Source of the DNA: Deltaproteobacteria bacterium
GTDB lineage: Bacteria > Myxococcota_A > Polyangia > Polyangiales > Houyiibacteriaceae
Assembly (NCBI GenBank): GCA_034670305.1
Contig: JAXMNT010000064.1
Location: 1 to 39,685, forward strand
Length of the DNA: 39,685 nucleotides
Direction of reading: 5' to 3'
Both the position numbers and the translations under genes were made by a program. Positions 1-8,663 of the stretch are shown one piece after another. The notes beneath the pieces were generated by a model that was not told where the DNA came from, did no database searches, and saw only the letters and a program-made list of their open reading frames with translations. Numbering within the stretch: the first letter of the stretch is position 1; the number at the start of each line of letters is the position of its first letter.

Positions 1-68
1 CGAGGCTGCACGCTGTCGAATATCGGGCCTCGATGCCTCGGCCCGACGGTCCGTGATTTCGAGCCAGG
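1..68 (+). repeat. Dispersed REP/MITE-like repeat, truncated by the window start; second copy at 20428-20493
   Basis: CGAGGCTGCACGCTGTCG(AA)TATCGGGCCTCGATGCCTCGGCCCGACGGTCCGTGATTTC(G/A)AGCCAGG matches 20428-20493 apart from a 2-nt indel and one substitution. It contains an internal TCGGGCC/GGCCCGA stem. Confidence 0.9.
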
Positions 69-129
69 AGACGACCTCGATCGCGGAGCGCCGGGCCATC
101 CGATAGAAGCGGGCCTTCTCCTTGGGAGA
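67..129 (-). pseudogene. Fragment of a four-helix-bundle protein gene (23S rRNA IVP/bAvd-like family, TIGR02436-type)
   Basis: The minus strand translates to SPKEKARFYRMARRSAIEVVS, resembling the conserved helix-3 segment (S.KEK.RFY..AR.S..E) of that family. It has no start or stop of its own. Confidence 0.7.
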
Positions 130-268
130 CCACCCGCTGCGTGCGATTCGGCGCCTCGCCGATGAGGCGCTCGCGGCTCTCTCGTCGGACTTCGACGCGA
201 TGTACGCCGAGTCAGGTCGGCCCGACACGCACGGGTCCAAGACTGATCCCGAGGCGCGGCTCTTCCGG
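128..268 (+). pseudogene. Two in-frame fused fragments of an IS5/IS1182-like transposase (DUF772-type N-terminus)
   Basis: DHPLRAIRRLADEALAALSSDFDAMYAESGRP (128-223) resembles the N-terminus. DTHGSKTDPEARLFR (224-268) resembles the internal TH.S.TDP.ARL.R motif. The intervening and downstream transposase sequence is absent. Confidence 0.8.
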
Positions 269-333
269 CTGCGCCGCTGGGCATCGGGCTCCGATTCGCG
301 GCCTCGCCGTCGCGAAACACACGGCGTCCACGA

Positions 334-397
334 CGCGGGCAAGGGCACGGGCAAGGGCAACGGCAAGGGAGCAGGTCGCTTTTCAGCGACCCGCTAG
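334..397 (-). mobile_element. IS-end-like hairpin plus CTTGCC hexamer tract starting at the argB stop codon
   Basis: The minus strand reads CTAGCGGGTCGCTGAAAAGCGACCTGC (GGTCGCT/AGCGACC stem, similar to the GGCTGCTGAAAA ends of IS5/IS1182-like elements), then CTTGCC GTTGCC CTTGCC CGTGCC CTTGCC CGCG. Confidence 0.6.
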
Positions 398-1263
398 CGG
401 GTGATCTCGGTGCCGATGCCGCGGTCGGTGAAGATCTCCAGAAGGACCGCGTGCCGCACCCGGCCATCGATGATGTGTGCTTTGCGCACGCCGCCATCGA
501 GCGCTTCGAGTGCGCACCGCACCTTCGGAATCATGCCGCCGACGAGCACGTCCCGGTCCCGGAGATCCACGGCTTCCTCGAGGCTCAGGCTGCTGAGCAC
601 GTTGCCGTCTGCGCCGCGAACGCCTTCGATGTCGGTCATAAGCACGAGCTTCCGCGCGCCCAGGGCTTCGGCGACTTTGCCAGCGACGGTGTCCGCGTTG
701 ACGTTCAGCGACCGGCCTTCTTCGTCAACGGCGACCGGGGCGATGACGGGGATGAACCCTCCGTCGATCAACCGTCGCGCCACGTCCGGGTTCACGTGCC
801 GGATCTCGCCGACCCGTCCGGGGTCGACTTCTTGTCCGCTCTTGGTGGTCATCTTCTCCACCTTGCGCGCGCGGAGGAACGCGTCGTCGCGTCCCGTGAG
901 TCCGACCGCGCGGCCACCGTGGTTGTTGATGAGGGAGACGATGGCCTGGTTGAGCTTGCCGCCCAGCACCATCTCGACGACGTCCATCGTCTCTTCGGTG
1001 GTGACCCGCAGGCCCTCCAAGCGTTCCGAGACCACCCCCATCGAGCTCAGCATCTCGTCGATTTGAGGTCCTCCGCCGTGCACCACCACCGGATGCAGTC
1101 CGACGTACTTCATCAGGACCACGTCGCGCGCGAACGAGTCGCGGAGCTCCGGGTCGATCATCGCGTGGCCGCCGTACTTCACCACGAACACGTCGCCGTG
1201 GAACGTCCGGATGTAGGGCAGGGCCTCGAGCAGGATCGCAGCCTTGTCGACGAGGTCCTTCAC
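394..1263 (-). CDS. argB: Acetylglutamate kinase
   Basis: Motifs VVKYGGHAM, VVVHGGGPQI, NVNADTVA and GGMIPKV. The GTG start at 1263 overlaps the argF stop (GTGA). The ORF-track extension to 1776 is spurious. Confidence 0.96.
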   Translation of the reverse strand: MKDLVDKAAILLEALPYIRTFHGDVFVVKYGGHAMIDPELRDSFARDVVLMKYVGLHPVVVHGGGPQIDEMLSSMGVVSERLEGLRVTTEETMDVVEMVLGGKLNQAIVSLINNHGGRAVGLTGRDDAFLRARKVEKMTTKSGQEVDPGRVGEIRHVNPDVARRLIDGGFIPVIAPVAVDEEGRSLNVNADTVAGKVAEALGARKLVLMTDIEGVRGADGNVLSSLSLEEAVDLRDRDVLVGGMIPKVRCALEALDGGVRKAHIIDGRVRHAVLLEIFTDRGIGTEITR

Positions 1264-2165
1264 GGCTGAACCAAGAACTCGAGGAGTGCTTTTTGCGCGT
1301 GCAGCCGGTTCTCGGCTTCTTTCCACACCCGACTCTGGCGCCCGTCGATCACGGACGCGGCCACCTCTTCCCCACGGTGCGCGGGGAGGCAGTGCAGGAA
1401 GATGGCGTCCGTGCGGGCCTTGGCCATCATCGCGTCGTCCACTTGGTAGTCGGCGAACGCGACCTCGCGTGCCTTTGCTTCGTCCTCTTGGCCCATGCTC
1501 GCCCACACATCGGTGGTGACGACTTGAGCGCCCTTGACCGCGGTCAGCGGGTCGGTGGTCACTTCTATCTTGGCGCCGAGCGCGCGGCCGCGGGCGACGA
1601 TGTCCGGGTCGGGTTGGTAGCCGACCGGCGCAGCGATGCGGAGGTCGATCCCGGTACGTGCGGCGGCAAGGATCCAGGAGTGCGCCATGTTGTTTCCGTC
1701 CCCCACCCAGGCGACGGCGCAGCCTTCGAGGGCGTGGGATGTACGGACCGTCTGCAAGTCGGCCAGCAGCTGGCACGGGTGGTACTCGTCCGAGAGTCCG
1801 TTGATGATGGGGATGCTCGCGTGCTCGGCGAGCGCTTGGACTCGGTCGTGGCCAAACGTGCGGTACACGACGGCGTGGGCGTACCCACCCAGCATCTTGG
1901 CCGTGTCGTGCAAGGGCTCGCCGCGCCCGAGCTGCGTGTGCTGGGCGATGAGGGTGACCGCGTTTCCGCCGAGTTCTTGGATACCGATTTCAAAGCTCAG
2001 GCGGGTGCGGGTCGAGGCCTTCTCGAGCAGCACCACGACCGACTTTCCGGAGAGCGGCCGCGGGTGGTCCGGCGTGCCGCGAAGGCGCGCGAGCTCGTCG
2101 GCGCGGTCGAGGAGTTGGCGAAGTTCGTCCGCGTCGAGGTCTTCCAAGGTCCGAAAATGGCGCAT
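1260..2165 (-). CDS. argF: Ornithine carbamoyltransferase
   Basis: Motifs STRTRLSF, HPCQLLAD, GDGNNMA, DVWASMG and FLHCLPAHRG. The start MRHF at 2165 is preceded by a TATAGT -10-like hexamer. Confidence 0.96.
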   Translation of the reverse strand: MRHFRTLEDLDADELRQLLDRADELARLRGTPDHPRPLSGKSVVVLLEKASTRTRLSFEIGIQELGGNAVTLIAQHTQLGRGEPLHDTAKMLGGYAHAVVYRTFGHDRVQALAEHASIPIINGLSDEYHPCQLLADLQTVRTSHALEGCAVAWVGDGNNMAHSWILAAARTGIDLRIAAPVGYQPDPDIVARGRALGAKIEVTTDPLTAVKGAQVVTTDVWASMGQEDEAKAREVAFADYQVDDAMMAKARTDAIFLHCLPAHRGEEVAASVIDGRQSRVWKEAENRLHAQKALLEFLVQP

Positions 2166-2175
2166 AAGGCCGCGG

Positions 2176-2181
2176 ACTATA
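2176..2181 (-). promoter_or_regulatory. Candidate -10 element (TATAGT) for a near-leaderless argF transcript
   Basis: TATAGT lies 10 nt upstream of the ATG, with CGGACA 16 nt further upstream. There is no Shine-Dalgarno. Confidence 0.5.
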
Positions 2182-2354
2182 GCAGCGACGGCCCGCTTGT
2201 CCGGCGTGCGTCCGTGCCCGTCCAAAGGGTCGCGGGCGTGGAGGCCCAGGTGGCAATCCGCCAACAACCATACGACGGGCAGTTCAATGGCTGGTTCGAT
2301 CGCGTTTTGCACTGGTAGGATTCCCGCCTACCTGGCAGCGTCCGGGCGATCGCG

Positions 2355-4301
2355 ATGCGTATTCCTCGAATCAGCGAAGGGTTCGAACTCACCCAACTGC
2401 ACTTGGACCCTTTCGAGGGGTTCATTCTTTCGCGGATCGATGGACGCACATCGGTGGATGACATCGCGGACCTGACGGGCGCGTCGGTGGAGCAGGTGGA
2501 AGGCGCGCTCGCGAAGATCGACGCGGCCGGCGGACTCGAGTGGATGGAGGAGCCTCGCATCCGGTCGACGCCGCCCGAGAAACCCCGCCGGGCGATGCCC
2601 ACCCCAGGGAAGGGCACCGTCCGCACCCGACCGGCGCCCCCAGGCGCGTCGCGCCTGCTCTACGATCCGGCAGAACTGGAAGAGGCGGACGTCGACCTCG
2701 ACGTGGACCGCCGTCGAACGATCCTCGATGCGTACTACCGGCTCGAGGAACTCGACCACTACGCGTTGCTGGGCGTCGAGCGGGACGCGGACAAGGCTGC
2801 CATCCGTGCCGCGTACTTCACGCTGTCGAAGCAGTTCCACCCGGACACCCTCTACGGAAAGCGGCTTGGCACCTACAAGTCGAAGATGGAGGCGGTGTTC
2901 CAGCGTCTGACCGAGGCCTACGAGATCCTCGGCAAGAAGAAGAAGCGGCGGCAGTACGACGACTACCTCCAGACCCGGGACAGTCTGGAGAAGGTGCGGC
3001 GCGGCCTCGATGCGGGTGCGACTGTCGCGAAGGAAGTGGAGCGAACGGCCCGCGCCGCCGCCGAGCAGGCCGTCGTGATGCCGTCGGGCGCGAAGAAGTC
3101 GAGTTCCACCCCGCCCCCTGCGGCCGCCCGCACCCCTTTGAGGGCGCCGCCGAACCCGCGCCGCGAGAAGAGGGCGGGCGAGCCGTCCGAGAAGGGGCCC
3201 CCGGAGAGCGCACCCGAGAAGTCGTCGGCCACGAGTGAACCGAGCGCGCCAGAGAAGACGAGCGCACCCGAGAAGAGCTCGAGCGCGCCGCCTCAGAAGT
3301 CCTCGAGCGCGCCGCCTCAGAAGTCCTCGAGCGCGCCGCCGGAGAAGTCCTCGAGCACGCCGCCTCAGAAGTCCTCGAGCGCACCGCCCGAGAAGTCCTC
3401 CAGCGCACCGCCCGAGAAGTCCTCGAGCGCACCGCCTCAGAAGTCCTCGAGCGCACCGCCCGAGAAGTCCTCGAGCGCACCACCTCAGAAGACCTCGAGC
3501 ACGCCCCCGAGGACCGAGCCGCTGGTTCCGCCCAAGCCGCCCGCAGATGCCCGTGCCACCCGTGCCGATCGACGACCCCGCACCGTGGAAGAGGAGCGCG
3601 CCGTCCGTCGCCGCAGCCGGGATCTTCTGCTCAAGCGGCTTCAGGGCGCCACGGGCCGTGGCCGCGCGAGTGTTCGACCTCCTTCCGCACCACCGCAAGA
3701 CACCGCGGAGACCAAGGTGGCCTCGCGCGAGTCGCTGCTTCGCGGCCTCGCGACGAGCCTCAAGGGTGCGGCCCGGCACACCGGCGGCGTGGATCGGGTC
3801 GAGAAGCACCTGAACGATTCCAAGGAGGCGGAGGCATCCGGCGACTTGGTCGGCGCGGTCAACGCGCTTCGGCTGGGTCTGGCCCTCGCGCCGGACCGCG
3901 AAGACCTGCAGCAAGAGCACAAGCGGTTGCGTGGGGCGCTGGCGAAGGAGTTGTCGGCCACATACGAGAAACAAGCCCGCTACGAAGAGGACAACGGCCT
4001 GTGGGCCGCTGCCAGCCGCAGCTGGGTCAAGGTCTCCGATGGTCGACCGACCGACGGGCGCCCGCTTCGAAGGGCCGCTGCCGCGATGCTCAAGGCGAAG
4101 AACGCCGATCTCAAGGAAGCCAAGCAATTGGCCCAGAAGTCTGTGGATCTCGAGCCGCGGAGCGCGCGGGCCCGGCTGATCCTTGCGCAGGTATTCCTCG
4201 CTGCCGGCATGCAGGCCAACGCACAACGAGAGCTCGAGGCTGCCGCGAAGCTGGACCCACGGGACGAAGTGGTGAAAACTCTCCTCCGAGAGCTGAAGTA
4301 G
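2355..4301 (+). CDS. J-domain (DnaJ-type) protein with an N-terminal winged-helix-like domain, a Ser/Pro/Lys tandem-repeat linker and C-terminal TPR-like helices
   Basis: J-domain DHYALLGV...AIRAAYFTLSKQFHPD...FQRLTEAYEIL...RRQYD with an intact HPD. The C-terminus is TPR-like (AKQLAQKSVDLEPRSARARLILAQVF). It lies directly upstream of dnaK. Confidence 0.9.
   Translation: MRIPRISEGFELTQLHLDPFEGFILSRIDGRTSVDDIADLTGASVEQVEGALAKIDAAGGLEWMEEPRIRSTPPEKPRRAMPTPGKGTVRTRPAPPGASRLLYDPAELEEADVDLDVDRRRTILDAYYRLEELDHYALLGVERDADKAAIRAAYFTLSKQFHPDTLYGKRLGTYKSKMEAVFQRLTEAYEILGKKKKRRQYDDYLQTRDSLEKVRRGLDAGATVAKEVERTARAAAEQAVVMPSGAKKSSSTPPPAAARTPLRAPPNPRREKRAGEPSEKGPPESAPEKSSATSEPSAPEKTSAPEKSSSAPPQKSSSAPPQKSSSAPPEKSSSTPPQKSSSAPPEKSSSAPPEKSSSAPPQKSSSAPPEKSSSAPPQKTSSTPPRTEPLVPPKPPADARATRADRRPRTVEEERAVRRRSRDLLLKRLQGATGRGRASVRPPSAPPQDTAETKVASRESLLRGLATSLKGAARHTGGVDRVEKHLNDSKEAEASGDLVGAVNALRLGLALAPDREDLQQEHKRLRGALAKELSATYEKQARYEEDNGLWAAASRSWVKVSDGRPTDGRPLRRAAAAMLKAKNADLKEAKQLAQKSVDLEPRSARARLILAQVFLAAGMQANAQRELEAAAKLDPRDEVVKTLLRELK
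3271..3510 (+). repeat. Coding 24-nt tandem repeat, 10 units encoding KSSSAPP(Q/E)
   Basis: AGAAGTCCTCGAGCGC(A/G)CCGCC(TC/CG) units repeat in frame within the J-domain gene. Confidence 0.95.
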
Positions 4302-4383
4302 AGGTTCACCCAGTCGATCGGAGCGTGTGGGGCGCGCGGATCAACCAGGAGGGCCACAAGGGCGCGCGTCGCCGGGAGCACGG

Positions 4384-6216
4384 ATGGAAAAGGTCATTGG
4401 CATCGATCTCGGCACGTTTAACTCGTGTGTGGCTGTGGTGGAAGGCGGTACGCCCCAGGTCATCGCCAACCGGGGCGGCTACAAGGTCACGCCATCCATG
4501 GTTGCGGTCACCGAGGCCGGGAAGCGCCTCGTCGGGCACATCGCCAAACGGCAGGCGGTCACCAACGCGGAGAACACCGTGTACGCGGCCAAACGCCTCA
4601 TCGGACGGAAGTTCGAGAGCCCGCAGGTGAAGCAGGCCATGGCGACCTGTCCGTTCCGAATCGTCGCCGGGCCCCATGGGGACTGCCGGATTCAGCTGCG
4701 AGACAAGGTCAACAGCATCCCGGAGATCAGCGCGATGATCCTCCAGGAGATGAAGATGATCGCCGAGGACTACCTCGGTCACGAAGTCAGCAAGGCAGTC
4801 GTGACCGTGCCGGCGTACTTCAACGACGGACAGCGTCAGGCCACGAAAGACGCGGGCCTCATCGCAGGTCTCGACGTCATCCGGATCATCAACGAACCCA
4901 CGGCTGCGGCGCTCGCGTACGGGTTCGGCAAGAACATCGATCGCACCGTGGCGGTCTACGATCTCGGCGGCGGCACGTTCGACATCTCGATTCTCGAGAT
5001 CTCGTCGTCCGGTGTCTTCAAGGTCATCAGCACGGCGGGCGACACGTTCCTCGGCGGAGAAGACTTCGACCAGCGCATCATCGACTGGCTCGTTCAGGGA
5101 TTCCAGGAAGAGCATTCCATCGACCTGCGCCAGGACCGCATGGCCCTACAGCGCCTCAAAGACGCGGCCGAGAAGGCGAAGTGTGAGCTCAGCGCGGTGG
5201 TCGAGACCGAGGTGAACCTTCCGTTCATCATCTCCAGCGCCCGCAACGAAGCGCTGCATTTGCAGCGGCTTCTGACGCGCGCACAGCTCGAGGACCTGAC
5301 CGACGACCTCATCCAGCGGACAGTGCAGATCTGCGAGATGACCCTCGACGAAGCCGGCCTCGAGCGGGACGAGATCGAAGACATCGTTCTGGTCGGCGGC
5401 ATGACCCGGATGCCTCGCATCCAGCAGTCGGTGGCGGACTTCTTCGAGCGCGAGCCGTGCAAGGGCGTGCACCCGGACGAGGTCGTGGGACTCGGCGCGT
5501 CCATCCAGGGCGCCGCGCTCGTGGACGACTCGCCGGAGATGGACATGGTCCTTCTCGACGTCACGCCGCACACGCTCGGCATCATGGTCGTCGGCGGCTA
5601 CTTCGAGGAACTGATTCCTCAGAACACCACGGTGCCGACCTCCAAGTCGAAGCCGTTCACCACCGTCCGGGACAACCAGACCGCGGTGAAGATTCTCGTG
5701 CTTCAGGGGGAGTCCCGGAGGGCGGAAGAGAACGAACTCCTCGGTGAGTTCGTGCTCACCGGCCTCCGTCGCGCGCCTGCCGGCGAAGTCACGGTGGATG
5801 TGACCTTCGAGATCAACGCGGACGGCATCGTCAGCGTCCACGCACGCGACGTCGAGACCGGCAAAGAACAGTCGATCACGGTGACGGCTTCGAGCGGTCT
5901 GACCGAAGACGAGATCGACCAGATGATGGTCGACGCCCAGGACTACGCCGTGTCGCGTCGCGCCGACGAAGAAACCGAAGGGGCGAAGCAAGAAGCGGAG
6001 ACCTTGATCGCAGAGATCGAGAAGCTCTTCCCCGAGGTCGAAGCCGTGGTGGCCGGATCGGACTTCGGTCGCGACGCGATCGAAAAGGCGAGGGCGGTCG
6101 TCGACCGGGCCCGCACCCTGATGGAACGCGGCGACTCCGCTGGGCTGAAGGAACAGATCGACGCGCTCGCCCGAACCCAGCGGATGTTCAAGGGCGTCGT
6201 CGGCAAGTCGGCCTAG
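4384..6216 (+). CDS. dnaK: Hsp70/DnaK-family chaperone (paralogue with a short C-terminal lid)
   Basis: Motifs VIGIDLGTFNS, TVPAYFND, IINEPTAAA, VYDLGGGTFDISI, GDTFLGGEDFD and linker VLLDVTP. The ATG at 4384 is preceded by a GGGAG RBS. Confidence 0.95.
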   Translation: MEKVIGIDLGTFNSCVAVVEGGTPQVIANRGGYKVTPSMVAVTEAGKRLVGHIAKRQAVTNAENTVYAAKRLIGRKFESPQVKQAMATCPFRIVAGPHGDCRIQLRDKVNSIPEISAMILQEMKMIAEDYLGHEVSKAVVTVPAYFNDGQRQATKDAGLIAGLDVIRIINEPTAAALAYGFGKNIDRTVAVYDLGGGTFDISILEISSSGVFKVISTAGDTFLGGEDFDQRIIDWLVQGFQEEHSIDLRQDRMALQRLKDAAEKAKCELSAVVETEVNLPFIISSARNEALHLQRLLTRAQLEDLTDDLIQRTVQICEMTLDEAGLERDEIEDIVLVGGMTRMPRIQQSVADFFEREPCKGVHPDEVVGLGASIQGAALVDDSPEMDMVLLDVTPHTLGIMVVGGYFEELIPQNTTVPTSKSKPFTTVRDNQTAVKILVLQGESRRAEENELLGEFVLTGLRRAPAGEVTVDVTFEINADGIVSVHARDVETGKEQSITVTASSGLTEDEIDQMMVDAQDYAVSRRADEETEGAKQEAETLIAEIEKLFPEVEAVVAGSDFGRDAIEKARAVVDRARTLMERGDSAGLKEQIDALARTQRMFKGVVGKSA

Positions 6217-6227
6217 CGTCCGGACGA

Positions 6228-6914
6228 ATGCCGGACCGGGACGATGAAGGACGGACCGCGCGCCCACCGGGCGGCGGCACCACTTCGAACTCCGGCACCG
6301 CTTCGAACTCCGAAGCGCCTCCAGGACCCGGCAAGGACGGACCCGGCAAAGACGAGCTGATCGATCTGGGGCTGCCGCCTCGGCCCGGGCGGATCACGAT
6401 GGATTTCTCTGGTCCGCCGCTCGAGTTGCCGGAAGCGATCTCGTTGCCGCCCGACGAACCCGACTCGCTGCAGCTGGATCTCGACGAGGTCGACTCGGAC
6501 GCCATCGATTTGGTCGACCGCACCCGCCCCTCGGAGATCGAGATCGATCTGCGGGAGGAGATGCGAGAGTGTTTCACCCTGGATGACTTCACCGGCGCGC
6601 TCGGCGCCGCGCTGCTGCTGATCGGCAAGGACCCGGACGACCAAGAGGCGGCCAAGATCGCCGATGCGTGTCGCCAGCGACTCGACGCCATGTACACCGG
6701 ACGGCTCGGCGGCACCCATCAGGTGCCGAGCGTCCAGGTCCCGGAGACCGAACTGCGCTGGCTGGGACTCGACCACCGCGCCGCGTTCCTGCTGTCGCGC
6801 ATGGACGGGGTCATGGACATCGAAGCGCTGCTCGACGTCTGCGGCATGCCGCGGCTCGAAGCGCTTCAGACCCTGGTCGAACTCACCGAGCTCGGCGCCA
6901 TCCGCCTCACCTGA
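6228..6914 (+). CDS. Hypothetical protein with a C-terminal winged-helix-like domain related to the N-terminus of the J-protein
   Basis: The ORF starts 11 nt after the dnaK stop. It has an acidic, Pro-rich N-terminus, and the C-terminus reads LDHRAAFLLSRMDG...GMPRLEALQTLVELTELGAI. The start is uncertain. Confidence 0.8.
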   Translation: MPDRDDEGRTARPPGGGTTSNSGTASNSEAPPGPGKDGPGKDELIDLGLPPRPGRITMDFSGPPLELPEAISLPPDEPDSLQLDLDEVDSDAIDLVDRTRPSEIEIDLREEMRECFTLDDFTGALGAALLLIGKDPDDQEAAKIADACRQRLDAMYTGRLGGTHQVPSVQVPETELRWLGLDHRAAFLLSRMDGVMDIEALLDVCGMPRLEALQTLVELTELGAIRLT

Positions 6915-7034
6915 GCGTCTCGCCGGATCGACTCGGATTCGCTCGGATTCGGCGGTGTCCTCGGTTTCGGTGGGCGACTTCGGTTCGGTTGTGTCCGCGA
7001 AGCTGGAGCCACAGGTTCCGCGCCAGCGGGACCT

Positions 7035-8447
7035 CTAGTGGCACTGCCAGAAGGCGTCGTCTTCGAAGACGTACATCGTGCCCGCGTCGCCGAGGTTCAC
7101 GTCCACGAGGCCTTCGTTGAACTGCATGATGAACCCGCCGACGTCTTCGTCGCCCTGGATCCACACCGGCTGGCCTGAAGCGAACGCGGCGGGGCTCGTG
7201 AGCTCCATGCGTTCGTCCCAGCCGGGCTCGTCGTAGTCGGCGGCCCAGACGTAGGACGGCACACTCTTCTCTTCGACGCTGTAGTAGCTCGTCTTGCGCA
7301 CCTCGACGCCGGCCGGCGCAGGGTGTTCGGTCGAGTCGCTCGCGAAGACGACCGCGGTGAATCCGAGCCCGGGCTCGAACGCTTCGTTGTCGTCCGGATC
7401 TGCGATGAAGAACGACATCGTCTTGTGGCTCTTGAACCGCGCCTGCAGATCCGGCAGCGCTTTCAGGTCCAGGGTGAACAGGTGGGTCATCAACCGGCCG
7501 TCGGACTCGGGCCACTCGTCGGTGGGCACGCCGAGCGGAAGTCCACCGAGGCGGCCGAGGCCGATCTTCTTCGACTTCTTCTTGGCCGGTTCGATCACGT
7601 AGATGGTGTCGCCCGTCCCGATGGAGTCGACCATCTCGAGGAAGTCCTCCTCCTCCATGATCTTGATGTCGAGGTCCTCGGCTTTGTCGAGCTTGGAGCC
7701 AGCGTCCTCGCCCACGATCACCAGGTCGGTCTTCGACGAAACCGAGCCGACGACGGTTGCGCCCAGCGACGCGAGCTTCGCTTCGACCTCCTTCCGCGTC
7801 ATCTCGGAGAACTTCCCGGTGACGCAGATCTTCTTGCCGGAGAACGGCGTGTCGACCGCGGCGGGGGCGGGCTTCTTCGGCTTGGGGATGACGGGCGGCT
7901 TCGGGTTCTTGGTGCCGAGGATCTTCAACAGGCCGTCTTCGTCGATGATGTCGATTCCGAGCGACTGGGCTTTGGTCAGCTTGGAGCCGGCCTTCTCACC
8001 CGCGACGAGCAAGTCGGTGTTCTTGGAGACGGAACCGACGACGGTGGCGCCGAGGTCGGTGAGCATCTTCTCCACCTCTTTGCGGCTGAGCTTGTTCAGG
8101 GTGCCGGTGACGACGACCTTCTTGCCGTCGACTGAGCTCGGCGCTTTGGCCGTCGCTTTCACCTTCGGTGCTGGGGCAGGACCCTTGCTCGGTTTGGCGG
8201 ACCCTCCCGCGAGCAGGGCCAGCATGCCGGTCTCGTCGAGGATGACGATGCCCTGTGCTTTGGCTTTGGCGAGTTTGGATCCGGCTTTCTCTCCGGCGAC
8301 GAGCACGTCGGTGTCCTTGGTGACGCTGCCACTGATGATCGCGCCGAGTTTGGCGAGGGCCTTCTCGGCCTCCTTGCGACTCATCTGATTCAACGTACCC
8401 GTGATGCAGACCTTCAGGCCATCGACCGAATCCAGCTTCTTCGCCAT
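7035..8447 (-). CDS. Triple BRCT-domain protein with a C-terminal DUF1963/YwqG-like domain
   Basis: Three copies of the LigA-type BRCT motif (GKK.V.TG....SRKE....L..LGA...GSVS..TD....GE.AGSKL.KA..LGI.I.DE). The C-terminus GRLGGLP...WP...MTHLFTLDL...GQPVWIQ...[11 protein letters not shown]...WQCH is DUF1963-like. GGAGG RBS. Confidence 0.88.
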   Translation of the reverse strand: MAKKLDSVDGLKVCITGTLNQMSRKEAEKALAKLGAIISGSVTKDTDVLVAGEKAGSKLAKAKAQGIVILDETGMLALLAGGSAKPSKGPAPAPKVKATAKAPSSVDGKKVVVTGTLNKLSRKEVEKMLTDLGATVVGSVSKNTDLLVAGEKAGSKLTKAQSLGIDIIDEDGLLKILGTKNPKPPVIPKPKKPAPAAVDTPFSGKKICVTGKFSEMTRKEVEAKLASLGATVVGSVSSKTDLVIVGEDAGSKLDKAEDLDIKIMEEEDFLEMVDSIGTGDTIYVIEPAKKKSKKIGLGRLGGLPLGVPTDEWPESDGRLMTHLFTLDLKALPDLQARFKSHKTMSFFIADPDDNEAFEPGLGFTAVVFASDSTEHPAPAGVEVRKTSYYSVEEKSVPSYVWAADYDEPGWDERMELTSPAAFASGQPVWIQGDEDVGGFIMQFNEGLVDVNLGDAGTMYVFEDDAFWQCH

Positions 8448-8510
8448 GCCACCTCCCGTGTGGACTGCATTGGCGGCGATTGGGCCCGCACTGTCAACCT
8501 CGAACCCTCG

Positions 8511-8543
8511 GGGGCCGCCAGTCGCGAAGCGAGCCAGGCCCGT
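8511..8543 (-). repeat. Dispersed REP-like repeat, inverted copy of 28947-28981
   Basis: The reverse complement ACGGGCCTGGCTCGCTTCGCGA--CTGGCGGCCCC matches 28947-28981 except for a 2-nt indel. Confidence 0.85.
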
Positions 8544-8663
8544 CTCGGCGCCCGCGAGTCAGGCGGCTCCACCCATGCACCTGCGCAGGCCGCAGGCCGA
8601 GCAACTGGTGCACTCCCCAGTTGGGCGGCAGGAGTGCCTTCACCGCGCGCAGCCGCCAGGCAA

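Noticed and set aside
122-397. Functional small transposase
   Set aside because: Only two short segments remain, with no DDE core, and the 3' half is repeat-derived.
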